A stretch of DNA of 64,000 bases from Nitrosopumilus sp. (GTDB taxonomy: Archaea > Thermoproteota > Nitrososphaeria > Nitrososphaerales > Nitrosopumilaceae). The translations under genes were made by a program, and so were the position numbers. Of this stretch, positions 8,204 through 18,808 are shown one piece after another. A model generated the notes under the pieces. The model did no database searches. It had not been told where the DNA came from and saw only the letters and a program-made list of their open reading frames with translations. The stretch lies in assembly GCA_965249555.1 (NCBI GenBank), contig OZ252243.1, positions 1,600,001-1,664,000 on the forward strand, written 5' to 3'. Position 1 is the stretch's first letter, and every line of letters begins with the position of its first letter.

Positions 8204-9687
8204 ATAGTTATTAAGCACTTAGATGTATTTTGCCATCTCAGAGAACATGTTCAATTCCCTTATTCTCCATGTCTCAAAGCATGTGAGAAAGACTGAGATC
8301 ATCCTCATGCCCTGATCACTCTTCATCTGCCCGCGAACATTTCTCTGCATCACGCACTTTCGAATGGAATTCTCTGCATCATTGTTAGTTGACGGGACAT
8401 CACCATCCATGACAAACGTAAACATGCTGTTCCTTGCAGTCTTTAGCTTCTTGCCAAACTGAACCATCTCCGTATCGCCTTTCAAATATCGTGCAATGAT
8501 ACGGTCCAGCTGTTTTAGTAAATCATCCCTGTACATTTCCCGCCGTTTTGTATGACGATTACCTACACTCCAAACCCTGGCATGACCTAGCATCTCTGAG
8601 AGTTTCTCATATAGAATCCTGGCCTTTTTGTCCTTTGATTTTATTGCCAGATATTTGGCATCGCGCTGCAGGTGTGCGGTGCATCTCTGCTTTGTGTTAT
8701 CACAAAATACTGTCCTGTACGGAGCATATCCGTCAGACACTAGGGTTCCTTTGAATTTCTTCCAGTACTTTTTTAGAACATTGGCACCTCTGCTGTACTC
8801 CAAGGCATACTGTGCACTAGTCTTGCTTCTTGCAACCCACATCCATCCAGTATTTCCATCAATTGAAAATCCTGTCTCATCGATTCCGAGAATCTTTTCA
8901 GTCACGATTTCGCTGTGGATTGTATTGTAAAATGACTCTAACATCACACTACCGTTGCGAAGAATGGATTGTACGGTTGTATTGCTGATTTCTAATCCAT
9001 ATCTTTCATAGAGTGTGGTTCTGATGGTATCGTATGGCATTCTCTTTGAGAACAGTGAGACGACCTCACGTATCACTGAACCATCAAAACATCCATGTGA
9101 TGGAAGGTTTCCCGTGGTTTGAAAATTATCAGAACAGTCCATGCAGATGTATTGATTCAAAACATGCTCAGTTATACCGTAGGGTGTTGGTGGGGGAATC
9201 TCAACCATTATCCTTTTGCAGGTTTTGGTTTGATGAATATTTTCACTACCGCATTTAGGACATGCATCTGATCTGTGGTGTTTGGTGCTAGTTGGTCTGA
9301 ATTTCTGTGTCTTGCCAACGTGTCCTGCTATTCCACCACGTCTTGATTTGCCTGGCTGTCTGTGTTGTCTTTTTTGCTTTCTCCATTCAAGGGAATTCTT
9401 TGATGGCGGAGAGTGAGCATTCTCATAATATGACAGCTTTTTTTGCAGTTCCTTGTTTGATTCTATGAGATTCTCTATGACTAGTTTTTGTTGTTTTGAC
9501 TCTTTTTGTAGTTCCTTGTTTGATTCTATGAGATTCCCTGTGATTAGTTTTTGTTGTTTTATCTCTGCTTGTAGTTGTATGATGATTTTCTCATGACCAC
9601 AACCTGACATGTTTTGTATGATGATTTAGTTGATCTTAGATCTTTTTGTGTAATAGTGTTGATTTGTGCGTGAAGGTTGATACATAC
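8204..9687 (-). mobile_element. IS66-family element (single-ORF, ISBst12-like), copy 1
   Basis: 8-bp TSD tgaatttt at 8196-8203 and 9688-9695; right end ttgatacatac; near-identical to copy 2; left IR degenerate. Confidence 0.9.
8219..9610 (-). CDS. IS66-family DDE transposase (TnpC-like), 463 aa
   Basis: Coiled coil, NAHSPPS, CPKCGS Zn ribbon, IDETG, LVSDGY, QRCTAHLQR and STNNDAENSIR motifs. Confidence 0.92.
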   Translation of the reverse strand: MSGCGHEKIIIQLQAEIKQQKLITGNLIESNKELQKESKQQKLVIENLIESNKELQKKLSYYENAHSPPSKNSLEWRKQKRQHRQPGKSRRGGIAGHVGKTQKFRPTSTKHHRSDACPKCGSENIHQTKTCKRIMVEIPPPTPYGITEHVLNQYICMDCSDNFQTTGNLPSHGCFDGSVIREVVSLFSKRMPYDTIRTTLYERYGLEISNTTVQSILRNGSVMLESFYNTIHSEIVTEKILGIDETGFSIDGNTGWMWVARSKTSAQYALEYSRGANVLKKYWKKFKGTLVSDGYAPYRTVFCDNTKQRCTAHLQRDAKYLAIKSKDKKARILYEKLSEMLGHARVWSVGNRHTKRREMYRDDLLKQLDRIIARYLKGDTEMVQFGKKLKTARNSMFTFVMDGDVPSTNNDAENSIRKCVMQRNVRGQMKSDQGMRMISVFLTCFETWRIRELNMFSEMAKYI

Positions 9688-9810
9688 TGAATTTTAGTGC
9701 TAGACAATGATAAAGTATTATTTTTTTATATTCCTAATACCACTGTTTTTAATCCCGGCATTTGCAGAGCCTGACTCGATTGCTGGTAGTGGCAGTACTG
9801 GCGGTGATGG

Positions 9811-12800
9811 CTTTCAATCCTATGATAGTTCAATTCAAACGCTCCATTATAGTGGATTGTGAATTCCCCTGTTTTGTCTTTCAATCCTATGATAGTTCAA
9901 TTCAAACAACATTAAAGACATCAAAGATGGCGGTGCGTATCTTCTTTCAATCCTATGATAGTTCAATTCAAACCATCAAAGTCGATGATACTACTGGTGA
10001 GATTATAGACTTTCAATCCTATGATAGTTCAATTCAAACAGGAGTGGTTGGATGGTCTGGTAGGATAGGGGATGGCTTTCAATCCTATGATAGTTCAATT
10101 CAAACTAGTGATTCCAAAGTGGACAGTCTGGCTCTTTGGGTACTTTCAATCCTATGATAGTTCAATTCAAATTTTTAGTAGCCTCTAATCAAAGACCAAA
10201 TGGACTTCACTTTCAATCCTATGATAGTTCAATTCAAACGAAGAAGTGGCTTTTCATATGCAAATGTGTCACGCCTTTCAATCCTATGATAGTTCAATTC
10301 AAACTGTTTTTGGTGTCGCCGGATTGTGTGGAATTTACGGCTTTCAATCCTATGATAGTTCAATTCAAACCTGTGCTTTGGCAATACTTCCAGGTCTGAT
10401 ATTTTCTTTCAATCCTATGATAGTTCAATTCAAACGATGCTCACTCTGCACATTACATCAAGTGGATAGAGTACTTTCAATCCTATGATAGTTCAATTCA
10501 AACTAAACACTGGTGATCAAATCAAGATAGAAGGTGTGCCCTTTCAATCCTATGATAGTTCAATTCAAACTCGTGCAATGCCGCCACCAGGCCCGCCGGC
10601 AATTCGCTTTCAATCCTATGATAGTTCAATTCAAACTAGAATCAAATTGGCAACTGGTGCAACCGCTGGAACCTTTCAATCCTATGATAGTTCAATTCAA
10701 ACCTTCCTGTTCAAGTCTTTCTGTGATGGTCTCATCAGTCTTTCAATCCTATGATAGTTCAATTCAAACTTTTGGTAATCTATCACCGTATGGATATTTT
10801 CTTTTCCCTTTCAATCCTATGATAGTTCAATTCAAACGCTTTATTGTTTTTTCCATTATGATCATCATACATTCTTTCAATCCTATGATAGTTCAATTCA
10901 AACTTCTCTATTTCGTCCCGGGTGTATTTGCTGAGGATACTTTCAATCCTATGATAGTTCAATTCAAACTTCGAGATAATCGCCTTGCAAGTGCTGCAAT
11001 CTTTCTTCTTTCAATCCTATGATAGTTCAATTCAAACTTAGATCTTGATCGATTCTAAAAGTTAAAGCCTGTTCCTTTCAATCCTATGATAGTTCAATTC
11101 AAACACTCAAGGAAGTACAAGATAGATTTTCTGTAGCTGCCTTTCAATCCTATGATAGTTCAATTCAAACGGTCAAGATGCTTGGCTGTTGATCCCAGCA
11201 GATAGACTTTCAATCCTATGATAGTTCAATTCAAACGCTGTTCTGTAAATTTAATATCAAATACAATAGTCTCTTTCAATCCTATGATAGTTCAATTCAA
11301 ACTTGTGGTTGGGTTGTCCTCGGTTGAAGGATCAGTGCTCTTTCAATCCTATGATAGTTCAATTCAAACGATTAATCACTATTGGCACGATTCCTTAACT
11401 TCTTCTTTCAATCCTATGATAGTTCAATTCAAACACAGATTTAATAAATTCTCTAACAAGAGGTCCTTAGACTTTCAATCCTATGATAGTTCAATTCAAA
11501 CTCATCAAACAGATGGAGGGTATCATCAGACATGAACTCTTTCAATCCTATGATAGTTCAATTCAAACATCTAGAAATGCTTCAATTAGAAAACAGGTGA
11601 TTACACACTTTCAATCCTATGATAGTTCAATTCAAACCTGTAACATAGATAGCTTCTATTGTCTTACCTTGTATCTTTCAATCCTATGATAGTTCAATTC
11701 AAACCAATCCGATAAAGGAAGAACGAGTTGGAAGTAGAAACTTTCAATCCTATGATAGTTCAATTCAAACCAAGGAATCCCACAGCCACCACTAGCAAAT
11801 GAAGGCTTTCAATCCTATGATAGTTCAATTCAAACTTGGCAATATTTTCAAGTTGTATCAAATTTCTGACCAGCTTTCAATCCTATGATAGTTCAATTCA
11901 AACTGGTGAAAGATGGTTTTATTCAGGTTCTTCTATAGCCTTTCAATCCTATGATAGTTCAATTCAAACGATGGTTCTTTGGATTTTTTTGAGGGTCTTA
12001 TGATGTCTTTCAATCCTATGATAGTTCAATTCAAACCAATTGCAATTATGCTGGGAATCGGTGTTACGATCCTCTTTCAATCCTATGATAGTTCAATTCA
12101 AACAGACAGGGGACGTATCTTTATTATCGGACATCTTAGCTTTCAATCCTATGATAGTTCAATTCAAACTTGTGGTTGGTGAAGTGAATACCTCGTCTTC
12201 CCTGTGCTTTCAATCCTATGATAGTTCAATTCAAACCTGCACTCAAGCGAATGTCCTCCTATCAGGTTGCATCTTTCAATCCTATGATAGTTCAATTCAA
12301 ACGTAATTTTGCTACTGTTTCCTTGATGTTCAAAAGACTTTCAATCCTATGATAGTTCAATTCAAACTCACCAATCAACGGTAACGCTTTACTTGGGGTT
12401 GCCTTTCAATCCTATGATAGTTCAATTCAAACCTGACATTGACGACTGACGGATCTCTTCCATACATCTTTCAATCCTATGATAGTTCAATTCAAACCGT
12501 CTAGAGGATAGCAGGTCGGGTAGTGCATCCAGTCCTTTCAATCCTATGATAGTTCAATTCAAACTACTAATCTGACCTTGTCCCCCTTGCCCGATAATCA
12601 TCTTTCAATCCTATGATAGTTCAATTCAAACCAGACAAACAAGCATTGATCTCAGGATTCCAAACTCCTTTCAATCCTATGATAGTTCAATTCAAACGGC
12701 TATGCCAAATCGTGGAAGAAAGAAAAGATACGCTTTCAATCCTATGATAGTTCAATTCAAACATGTAGAATAACACCAAACTACATGGAATTAGTTGATC

Positions 12801-13821
12801 TCTCTTTCAATCCTATGATAGTTCAATTCAAACGCAACGTCACTGCCTGATACTGGCACAAAGGGATTGACTTTCAATCCTATGATAGTTCAATTCAAAC
12901 CAACTTGTTGGAGCCATCGATGCCTCCTATTCCAACTTTCAATCCTATGATAGTTCAATTCAAACACAAACACAGTTCGGATGCGTGTCCGTGATTGGCT
13001 GCTTTCAATCCTATGATAGTTCAATTCAAACATTTTTGAAGATATGATGTGTGTTTGTCGGAATTTTCTTTCAATCCTATGATAGTTCAATTCAAACGCT
13101 GAATCTATTTGTGTTTCGCTTGCCTGTAGATCACTTTCAATCCTATGATAGTTCAATTCAAACCTTGTAGCAGCATGTTATCGTGCATTTGCTTATCTCT
13201 TTCAATCCTATGATAGTTCAATTCAAACCAATTTTTGAAATTGATAGTGATGAACCCTCGAACCTTTCAATCCTATGATAGTTCAATTCAAACGAGGCCT
13301 CCTTCATCAGGCGGAGCGGGGACTTGAGACTTTCAATCCTATGATAGTTCAATTCAAACTTACACTTGTTATAATTGTGGGATCATGCATGTTAGCTTTC
13401 AATCCTATGATAGTTCAATTCAAACTAGTTTGTATCTATTCCCACAGCCGCCTTCATCTTCTTTCAATCCTATGATAGTTCAATTCAAACCTCTACGCAG
13501 TCGAGAACAAGAATCGTGCAGGCGATACTTTCAATCCTATGATAGTTCAATTCAAACCAGAAGACAACTAAACAAATACCAACTCGCAGAACTCTTTCAA
13601 TCCTATGATAGTTCAATTCAAACTGACGACAAGGTGGATGATGCGTGCAGACCATTTCACTTTCAATCCTATGATAGTTCAATTCAAACGCAAGGCCCAC
13701 CAGGAGAAGATGGTGCAGGAGGTAGCTTTCAATCCTATGATAGTTCAATTCAAACAGGAGAAAGATATCTTACAGTCATATAGCGTATAATCTTTCAATC
13801 CTATGATAGTTCAATTCAAAC
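9811..13821 (-). CRISPR. CRISPR array: 61 repeats of 30 bp (GTTTGAATTGAACTATCATAGGATTGAAAG in the predicted transcribed orientation) and 60 spacers of about 35-41 bp
   Basis: Manual count of ctttcaatcctatgatagttcaattcaaac copies; one single-base variant at 10143-10172; a degenerate trailer repeat near 9746-9775 and the AT-rich leader at the right end set the orientation. Confidence 0.97.
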
Positions 13822-13966
13822 CCGCCAAATTCATACCTAAATCCCAATGCTAAATATTTGTTTCTTCATCTATCTCTGATCGTGTCCTTTCCTTATAAGA
13901 TCAGCAAAAAACATTACTGTATCCAAATATTGTAAAATAGTTTAAGATAAAAACTGTTCTGTTGGA
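13822..13966. promoter_or_regulatory. CRISPR leader and divergent cas4 promoter region
   Basis: AT-rich non-coding segment between the last perfect repeat and cas4; SD-like ggagtg before ATG 13973. Confidence 0.7.
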
Positions 13967-14464
13967 GTGAATATGTTGAATGACACAGAACTAACTGGAA
14001 CACAGATAAATTATTACTTTGTATGTAAAAGAAAGCTATGGCTACACTCTCATAATATTTCTTTTGAGTCAAGCTCAGAACTTGTAAAACTTGGAACTCT
14101 CATACACAAGAATTCGTACAAGAGAAAGAAAAAAGAGATACGTATAGGCAGTATATCCATTGACTATGTCAATAAAGGAGAAATACATGAGGTAAAAAAA
14201 TCAGATAAAATACATGATGCACATACGTATCAAATATTATACTATATCTACTATCTAAAAAAACTTGGCATTAACACAACTGGAATACTTGAGTATCCCA
14301 AACTCAAAAAAACAGTAAAGATAAACCTTACAAAACAAAAGCAGGATTTTCTAGATAAAACAATATATGATGCATTAAAGATAATCTCTGCAAAAAAGCC
14401 ACCTATTGCAGAATACAAGCCAATATGCGATAAATGTGCATATGTTGAATACTGTTGGTCATGA
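13967..14464 (+). CDS. cas4: CRISPR-associated exonuclease Cas4 (start may be ATG 13973)
   Basis: YYFVCKRKLWL, IDY...HEVKKS, QILYY and C-terminal CDKCAYVEYC Fe-S cysteines. Confidence 0.95.
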   Translation: MNMLNDTELTGTQINYYFVCKRKLWLHSHNISFESSSELVKLGTLIHKNSYKRKKKEIRIGSISIDYVNKGEIHEVKKSDKIHDAHTYQILYYIYYLKKLGINTTGILEYPKLKKTVKINLTKQKQDFLDKTIYDALKIISAKKPPIAEYKPICDKCAYVEYCWS

Positions 14465-14482
14465 AAGATTACTATATATTTA

Positions 14483-15387
14483 GGTGATTGGGTACCTACT
14501 GCCCCTAGATTATTATGGAATATTTCACAAAAATAATGGATGGATTTTGTATCATTTGCAAAAACAATCTCTGATGAATCATTGTTAATACAATTCCTAG
14601 AATCAAGATGGGGTGAAAATCTTTCCTGCATTTTTTGTAAAAACAAGACCCTCTACACCATGAAAGGCAGAGACAGAATGAGATGCACAAAATGCCGAAA
14701 AGACTTCAAACCGTTTTCCAGCTCCAAATTCTCATTGGTTAGAATTTCATATTCCAAATGGCTCTCACTGATCAAGCTCTTTGAGCTATCCGTATCTGCC
14801 AAGACTGCATCAGAGCAGATGCATCTGAGTTACAAAACAGTTCTGAAAGCATTTGATGCAATCAGATATTCCATACTTGAGGAATTGGCAAATACCGACA
14901 AGGTTCTAAAGGGCCAAATTGAGGCTGACGAGGCGTACTTTGGAGGAAAAAGGAAGGGAAATCGCGGACGTGGTGCCAAAAACAAGACCATTGTGTTTGG
15001 CATCTTGGAGAGAAAAGGGAGGGTTCACGTTGAGATTGTAAATAACGTTAAAGCTAAAACCCTTCTGAAAAGTACAATTAGAAAAGTGAAAAAAGGTAGT
15101 ATCGTGTACACTGACAAGTGGAAGGGATATGACTCGCTTGTGTTTCATGGATACAAACATCTCTCAGTAGATCACAACAAGATGTTTGGCAAAGGGGATG
15201 TTTACATTAATGGAATTGAAGGCTTTTGGAGCTTTACCAAAGAGAACATGGCAAAGTATCACGGGGTGAGCTCAGGCAAATTTTTACTGTACCTCAAGGA
15301 GATGGAATGGAGATACAATAACAGGAATAGTGATTTGTTTGATTTATTGCTGAGAAATATGTTGGGGGCAGTAGATCCCTAATCGCC
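14483..15387 (+). mobile_element. IS1595-family element, 905 bp
   Basis: 23-bp imperfect IRs (ggtgattgggtacctactgcccc / ggggcagtagatccctaatcgcc); 8-bp TSD tatattta at 14475-14482 and 15388-15395. Confidence 0.93.
14540..15382 (+). CDS. IS1595-family (ISXO2-like) transposase
   Basis: N-terminal CxxC...CxxC, EADEAYFGG, GRG, YTDKWKGY, INGIEGFWS and YLKEMEWRYN motifs. Confidence 0.93.
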   Translation: MDFVSFAKTISDESLLIQFLESRWGENLSCIFCKNKTLYTMKGRDRMRCTKCRKDFKPFSSSKFSLVRISYSKWLSLIKLFELSVSAKTASEQMHLSYKTVLKAFDAIRYSILEELANTDKVLKGQIEADEAYFGGKRKGNRGRGAKNKTIVFGILERKGRVHVEIVNNVKAKTLLKSTIRKVKKGSIVYTDKWKGYDSLVFHGYKHLSVDHNKMFGKGDVYINGIEGFWSFTKENMAKYHGVSSGKFLLYLKEMEWRYNNRNSDLFDLLLRNMLGAVDP

Positions 15388-16359
15388 TATATTTAATAGT
15401 GGTAGGATTTCACGATCACAAAATACCATTCAAATCCTATCAAAAGATGATACAAAAAAATCAATTCCTGTAATGGATGTCAGGGCTCTCCATATCTTTG
15501 GTCAATGTGACTTTAATTCTGCATTAATATCATTTCTAAATACAAAGGGAATTGCAATACACTTTTACAATTATTATGGAAATTATGCTGGAAGTTATTA
15601 TCCTCGTGAGAAGCTTCTCTCCGGACTTGTTATAGTAAAGCAAGTGCAGCATTATCTAGAGCAGTACAAAAGATTATACATTGCATCTGAATTCATCAAA
15701 ACTGCAACACATAACATGCTTGCAAATCTGCGTTATTACAAATCAAAGAAAAAAGATGTAACAGAGTATATTGATAGAATTCAAAGCCTGCAGCAGCAAA
15801 TACCAAAATGCAAAACAGTTGATGAGTTAATGGGAATTGAGGGAAATTGCCGGAACGTCTACTATGATTCATTTGATAACTTTCTAAGAGATGGGTTTGA
15901 GCTGGAAAAAAGGACAAGGATGCCACCACATAATATGCTAAATTCACTAATCTCATTTGGTAATAGTATAATGTACAACGATGTCTTAACTGAGATTTAT
16001 CAGTCACAGCTAAACTCTACTGTAAGCTATCTACACGAACCAGGATATCGACGCCATTCATTGTCCTTGGATATTGCCGAAGTATTCAAGCCTGTAGTTG
16101 TAGATAAGACCATCTTTAAGATGATAAATGGCAAGATGATAAGTGAGAAAGATTTTGATGACTCTTTGAATGGTTGCTATTTGGTAGAATCTGGAAGAAA
16201 AGCCTTTGTATCAGAGTACAATGAAAAGATGGAAAGTACAATCTATATATCTGCATTAAAGCGAAATGTAAGTTATAGACGACTGATAAGACTAGAGTGC
16301 CATAAAATAGTAAAGCATATTGTAGAAGATATACGATATACAGGATTTAGGCAAAAATA

Positions 16360-16629
16360 ATGTATGCCATACTAGTATATGATATTGCCGTAGAACGCAT
16401 TGATGCAGTACGAATCACAACAAAGCAATATCTAAACTGGATTCAAAATTCAGTTTTTGAAGGGGAGATAACAGTGTCTGGTCTTGCAGAACTAAAATCC
16501 AAAATATCTAGTCTAATTGATGTGTCTGAGGATTCAGTATTGGTATTTACTGTGAATAATCCAAAGTGGATAGAAAAAACAGTTATTGGTATTGATAAGA
16601 ATGATATAAGGTATGAATCAAGCACTTAG
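16360..16629 (+). CDS. cas2: Cas2 whose native C-terminus (...KNDISNIL, remainder at 18040-18052) is replaced by IS-derived RYESST
   Basis: YAILVYDI and WIQNSVFEG motifs; the IS66 TSD lies in the last codons. Confidence 0.93.
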   Translation: MYAILVYDIAVERIDAVRITTKQYLNWIQNSVFEGEITVSGLAELKSKISSLIDVSEDSVLVFTVNNPKWIEKTVIGIDKNDIRYESST

Positions 16630-18031
16630 ATGTATTTTGCCATCTCAGAAAACATGTTCAATTCCCTTATTCTCCATGTCTCAAAGCATGTGAGAAAGAC
16701 TGAGATCATCCTCATGCCCTGATCACTCTTCATCTGCCCGCGAACATTCCTCTGCATCACGCACTTTCGAATGGAATTCTCTGCATCATTGTTAGTTGAC
16801 GGGACATCGCCATCCATGACAAACGTAAACATGCTGTTCCTTGCAGTCTTTAGCTTCTTGCCAAACTGAACCATCTCCGTATCACCTTTCAAATATCGTG
16901 CAATGATACGGTCCAGCTGTTTTAGTAAATCATTCCTGTACGTTTCCCGCCGTTTTGTATGACGATTACCTACACTCCAAACCCTGGCATGACCTAGCAT
17001 CCCTGAGAGTTTCTCATATAGAATCCTGGCCTTTTTGTCCTGTGATTTTATTGCCAGATATTTGGCATCGCGCTGCAGGTGTGCGGTGCATCTCTGCTTT
17101 GTGTTATCACAAAATACTGTCCTGTACGGAGCATATCCGTCAGACACTAGGGTTCCTTTGAATTTCTTCCAGTACTTTTTTAGAACATTGGCACCTCTGC
17201 TGTACTCCAAGGCATACTGTGCACTAGTCTTGCTTCTTGCAACCCACATCCATCCAGTATTTCCATCAATTGAAAATCCTGTCTCATCGATTCCGAGAAT
17301 ATTTTCAGTCACGATTTCGCTGTGGATTGTATTGTAAAATGACTCTAACATCACACTACCGTTGCGAAGAATGGATTGTACGGTTGTATTGCTGATTTCT
17401 AATCCATATCTTTCATAGAGTGTGGTTCTGATAGCATCGTATGTCAATCTCTTTGAGAACAGTGAGACGACCTCACGTATCACTGAACCATCAAAACATC
17501 CATGTAGTGGAAGGTTTCCCGTGGTTTGAAAATTATCAGAACAGTCCATGCAGATGTATTGATTCAAAACATGCTCAGTTATACCGTAGGGTGTTGGTGG
17601 AGGAATCTCAACCATTATCCTTTTGCAGGTTTTGGTTTGATGAATATTTTCACTACCGCATTTGGGACATGCATCTGATCTGTGGTGTTTGGTGCTAGTT
17701 GGTCTGAATTTCTGTGTCTTGCCAACGTGTCCTGCTATTCCACCACGTCTTGATTTGCCTGGCTGTCTGTGTTGTCTTTTTTGCTTTCTCCATTCAAGGG
17801 AATTCTTTGATGGCGGAGAGTGCGCATTCTCATAATATGACAGCTTTTTTTGCAGTTCCTTGTTTGATTCTATGAGATTTTCTATGATTAGTTTTAGTTG
17901 TTTTATCTCTGCTTGCAGCTGTATGATGATTTTCTCATGACCACAACCTGACATGTTTTGTATGATGATTTAGTTGATCTTAGATCTTTTTGTGTAATAG
18001 TGTTGATTTGTGCGTGAAGGTTGATACATAC
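16611..18031 (-). mobile_element. IS66-family element, copy 2 (1421 bp), inserted in the cas2 3' end
   Basis: IRs gtatgaatcaa / ttgatacatac; 8-bp TSD gatataag at 16603-16610 and 18032-18039. Confidence 0.93.
16626..17954 (-). CDS. IS66-family DDE transposase, 442 aa
   Basis: Near-identical to 8219-9610 but 21 aa shorter in the coiled coil. Confidence 0.92.
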   Translation of the reverse strand: MSGCGHEKIIIQLQAEIKQLKLIIENLIESNKELQKKLSYYENAHSPPSKNSLEWRKQKRQHRQPGKSRRGGIAGHVGKTQKFRPTSTKHHRSDACPKCGSENIHQTKTCKRIMVEIPPPTPYGITEHVLNQYICMDCSDNFQTTGNLPLHGCFDGSVIREVVSLFSKRLTYDAIRTTLYERYGLEISNTTVQSILRNGSVMLESFYNTIHSEIVTENILGIDETGFSIDGNTGWMWVARSKTSAQYALEYSRGANVLKKYWKKFKGTLVSDGYAPYRTVFCDNTKQRCTAHLQRDAKYLAIKSQDKKARILYEKLSGMLGHARVWSVGNRHTKRRETYRNDLLKQLDRIIARYLKGDTEMVQFGKKLKTARNSMFTFVMDGDVPSTNNDAENSIRKCVMQRNVRGQMKSDQGMRMISVFLTCFETWRIRELNMFSEMAKYI

Positions 18032-18115
18032 GATATAAGTAATATATTATAAATTCTAATTTATTTTTGTTTAATATGATCTAATTTAATTATGATACTA
18101 TTTCATGTGGTATAA

Positions 18116-18808
18116 TTGACTAGATTTTTTGTCCAATATAAAATACAAGGAGAAACGAAATTTCCACTAGATTATCGTTCTGCGTTTATGGCTCTAATCA
18201 AGACATCACTTGATGCAAACATTGGACATACAATTGGTATGTTTCAAAAAACACCACTTTGTCTTGCCATCAGATTTGATAAAAAACCTGAAATCTCAGA
18301 TAATATCATAAAAATAGGAAATACATTAAAGGTTTACATTTCATCTCCAGATCACATACTTGCAACAAATATCTATAATGGATTGTTGAATATTAAGAAT
18401 TTCACAATATTTGAATCTGCAATAGAAAAACCAAAGTTTGTGTACTTGAATGAGTATAGATTTTACCAGAGACAAGTCAAGATGTTTTACACTCTTTCAC
18501 CAATAGTGATACGCAATTATAAGGACAAAACAAAATATGTTACACCTACAGATCCAGAATTCATGGATTCATTAAAGAAAGCACTAACAGAACAGTGGGT
18601 GATGTATAGAGGTGATGATATTGGTGGGTTTACATTAAACATCATAAAATACAAAAAAGTTGTAATGACGCATTATGGTGGACTGGTACTAGGTTTTACT
18701 GGACTCTTTACTCTGGAAGCTGATTCCAAGGTTCTGGAGTTTTTCTACAAGGCAGGAATTGGATACAGGCGAAGCAATGGCTTTGGATTTATCGAGGTGG
18801 ACAGATAA
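18116..18808 (+). CDS. cas6: CRISPR endoribonuclease Cas6
   Basis: TLSPIVIR and the C-terminal Gly-rich loop GIGYRRSNGFG. Confidence 0.92.
   Translation: MTRFFVQYKIQGETKFPLDYRSAFMALIKTSLDANIGHTIGMFQKTPLCLAIRFDKKPEISDNIIKIGNTLKVYISSPDHILATNIYNGLLNIKNFTIFESAIEKPKFVYLNEYRFYQRQVKMFYTLSPIVIRNYKDKTKYVTPTDPEFMDSLKKALTEQWVMYRGDDIGGFTLNIIKYKKVVMTHYGGLVLGFTGLFTLEADSKVLEFFYKAGIGYRRSNGFGFIEVDR

Larger units (their letters stand above)
14461..16360 (+). pseudogene. cas1: Type I-B Cas1 split by an IS1595 element within codon 8. Joining 14461-14482 with 15396-16360 gives an intact 328-aa ORF starting MKDYYIFNSGRISRSQNT
   Basis: ELMGIEG, NSLISFGNS, YLHEP and LDIAEVFKP motifs; removing the IS plus one TSD restores the frame. 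Confidence 0.93.

Noticed and set aside
12763-12803. Spacer sharing ttagttgatct with the IS66 upstream end (possible anti-IS spacer)
   Set aside because: 11-nt match only, and the rest is unrelated
9762-13790. Many short ORFs with FQSYDSSIQT / FNPMIVQFK / ELNYHRIE repeats
   Set aside because: These are translations of the CRISPR repeat
8204-18031. Composite transposon of two directly repeated IS66 copies carrying the CRISPR array and cas4-cas1-cas2
   Set aside because: Each copy has its own matching TSD (tgaatttt; gatataag) and cas2 continues beyond copy 2, so these are independent insertions. They could still delete the interval by recombination.
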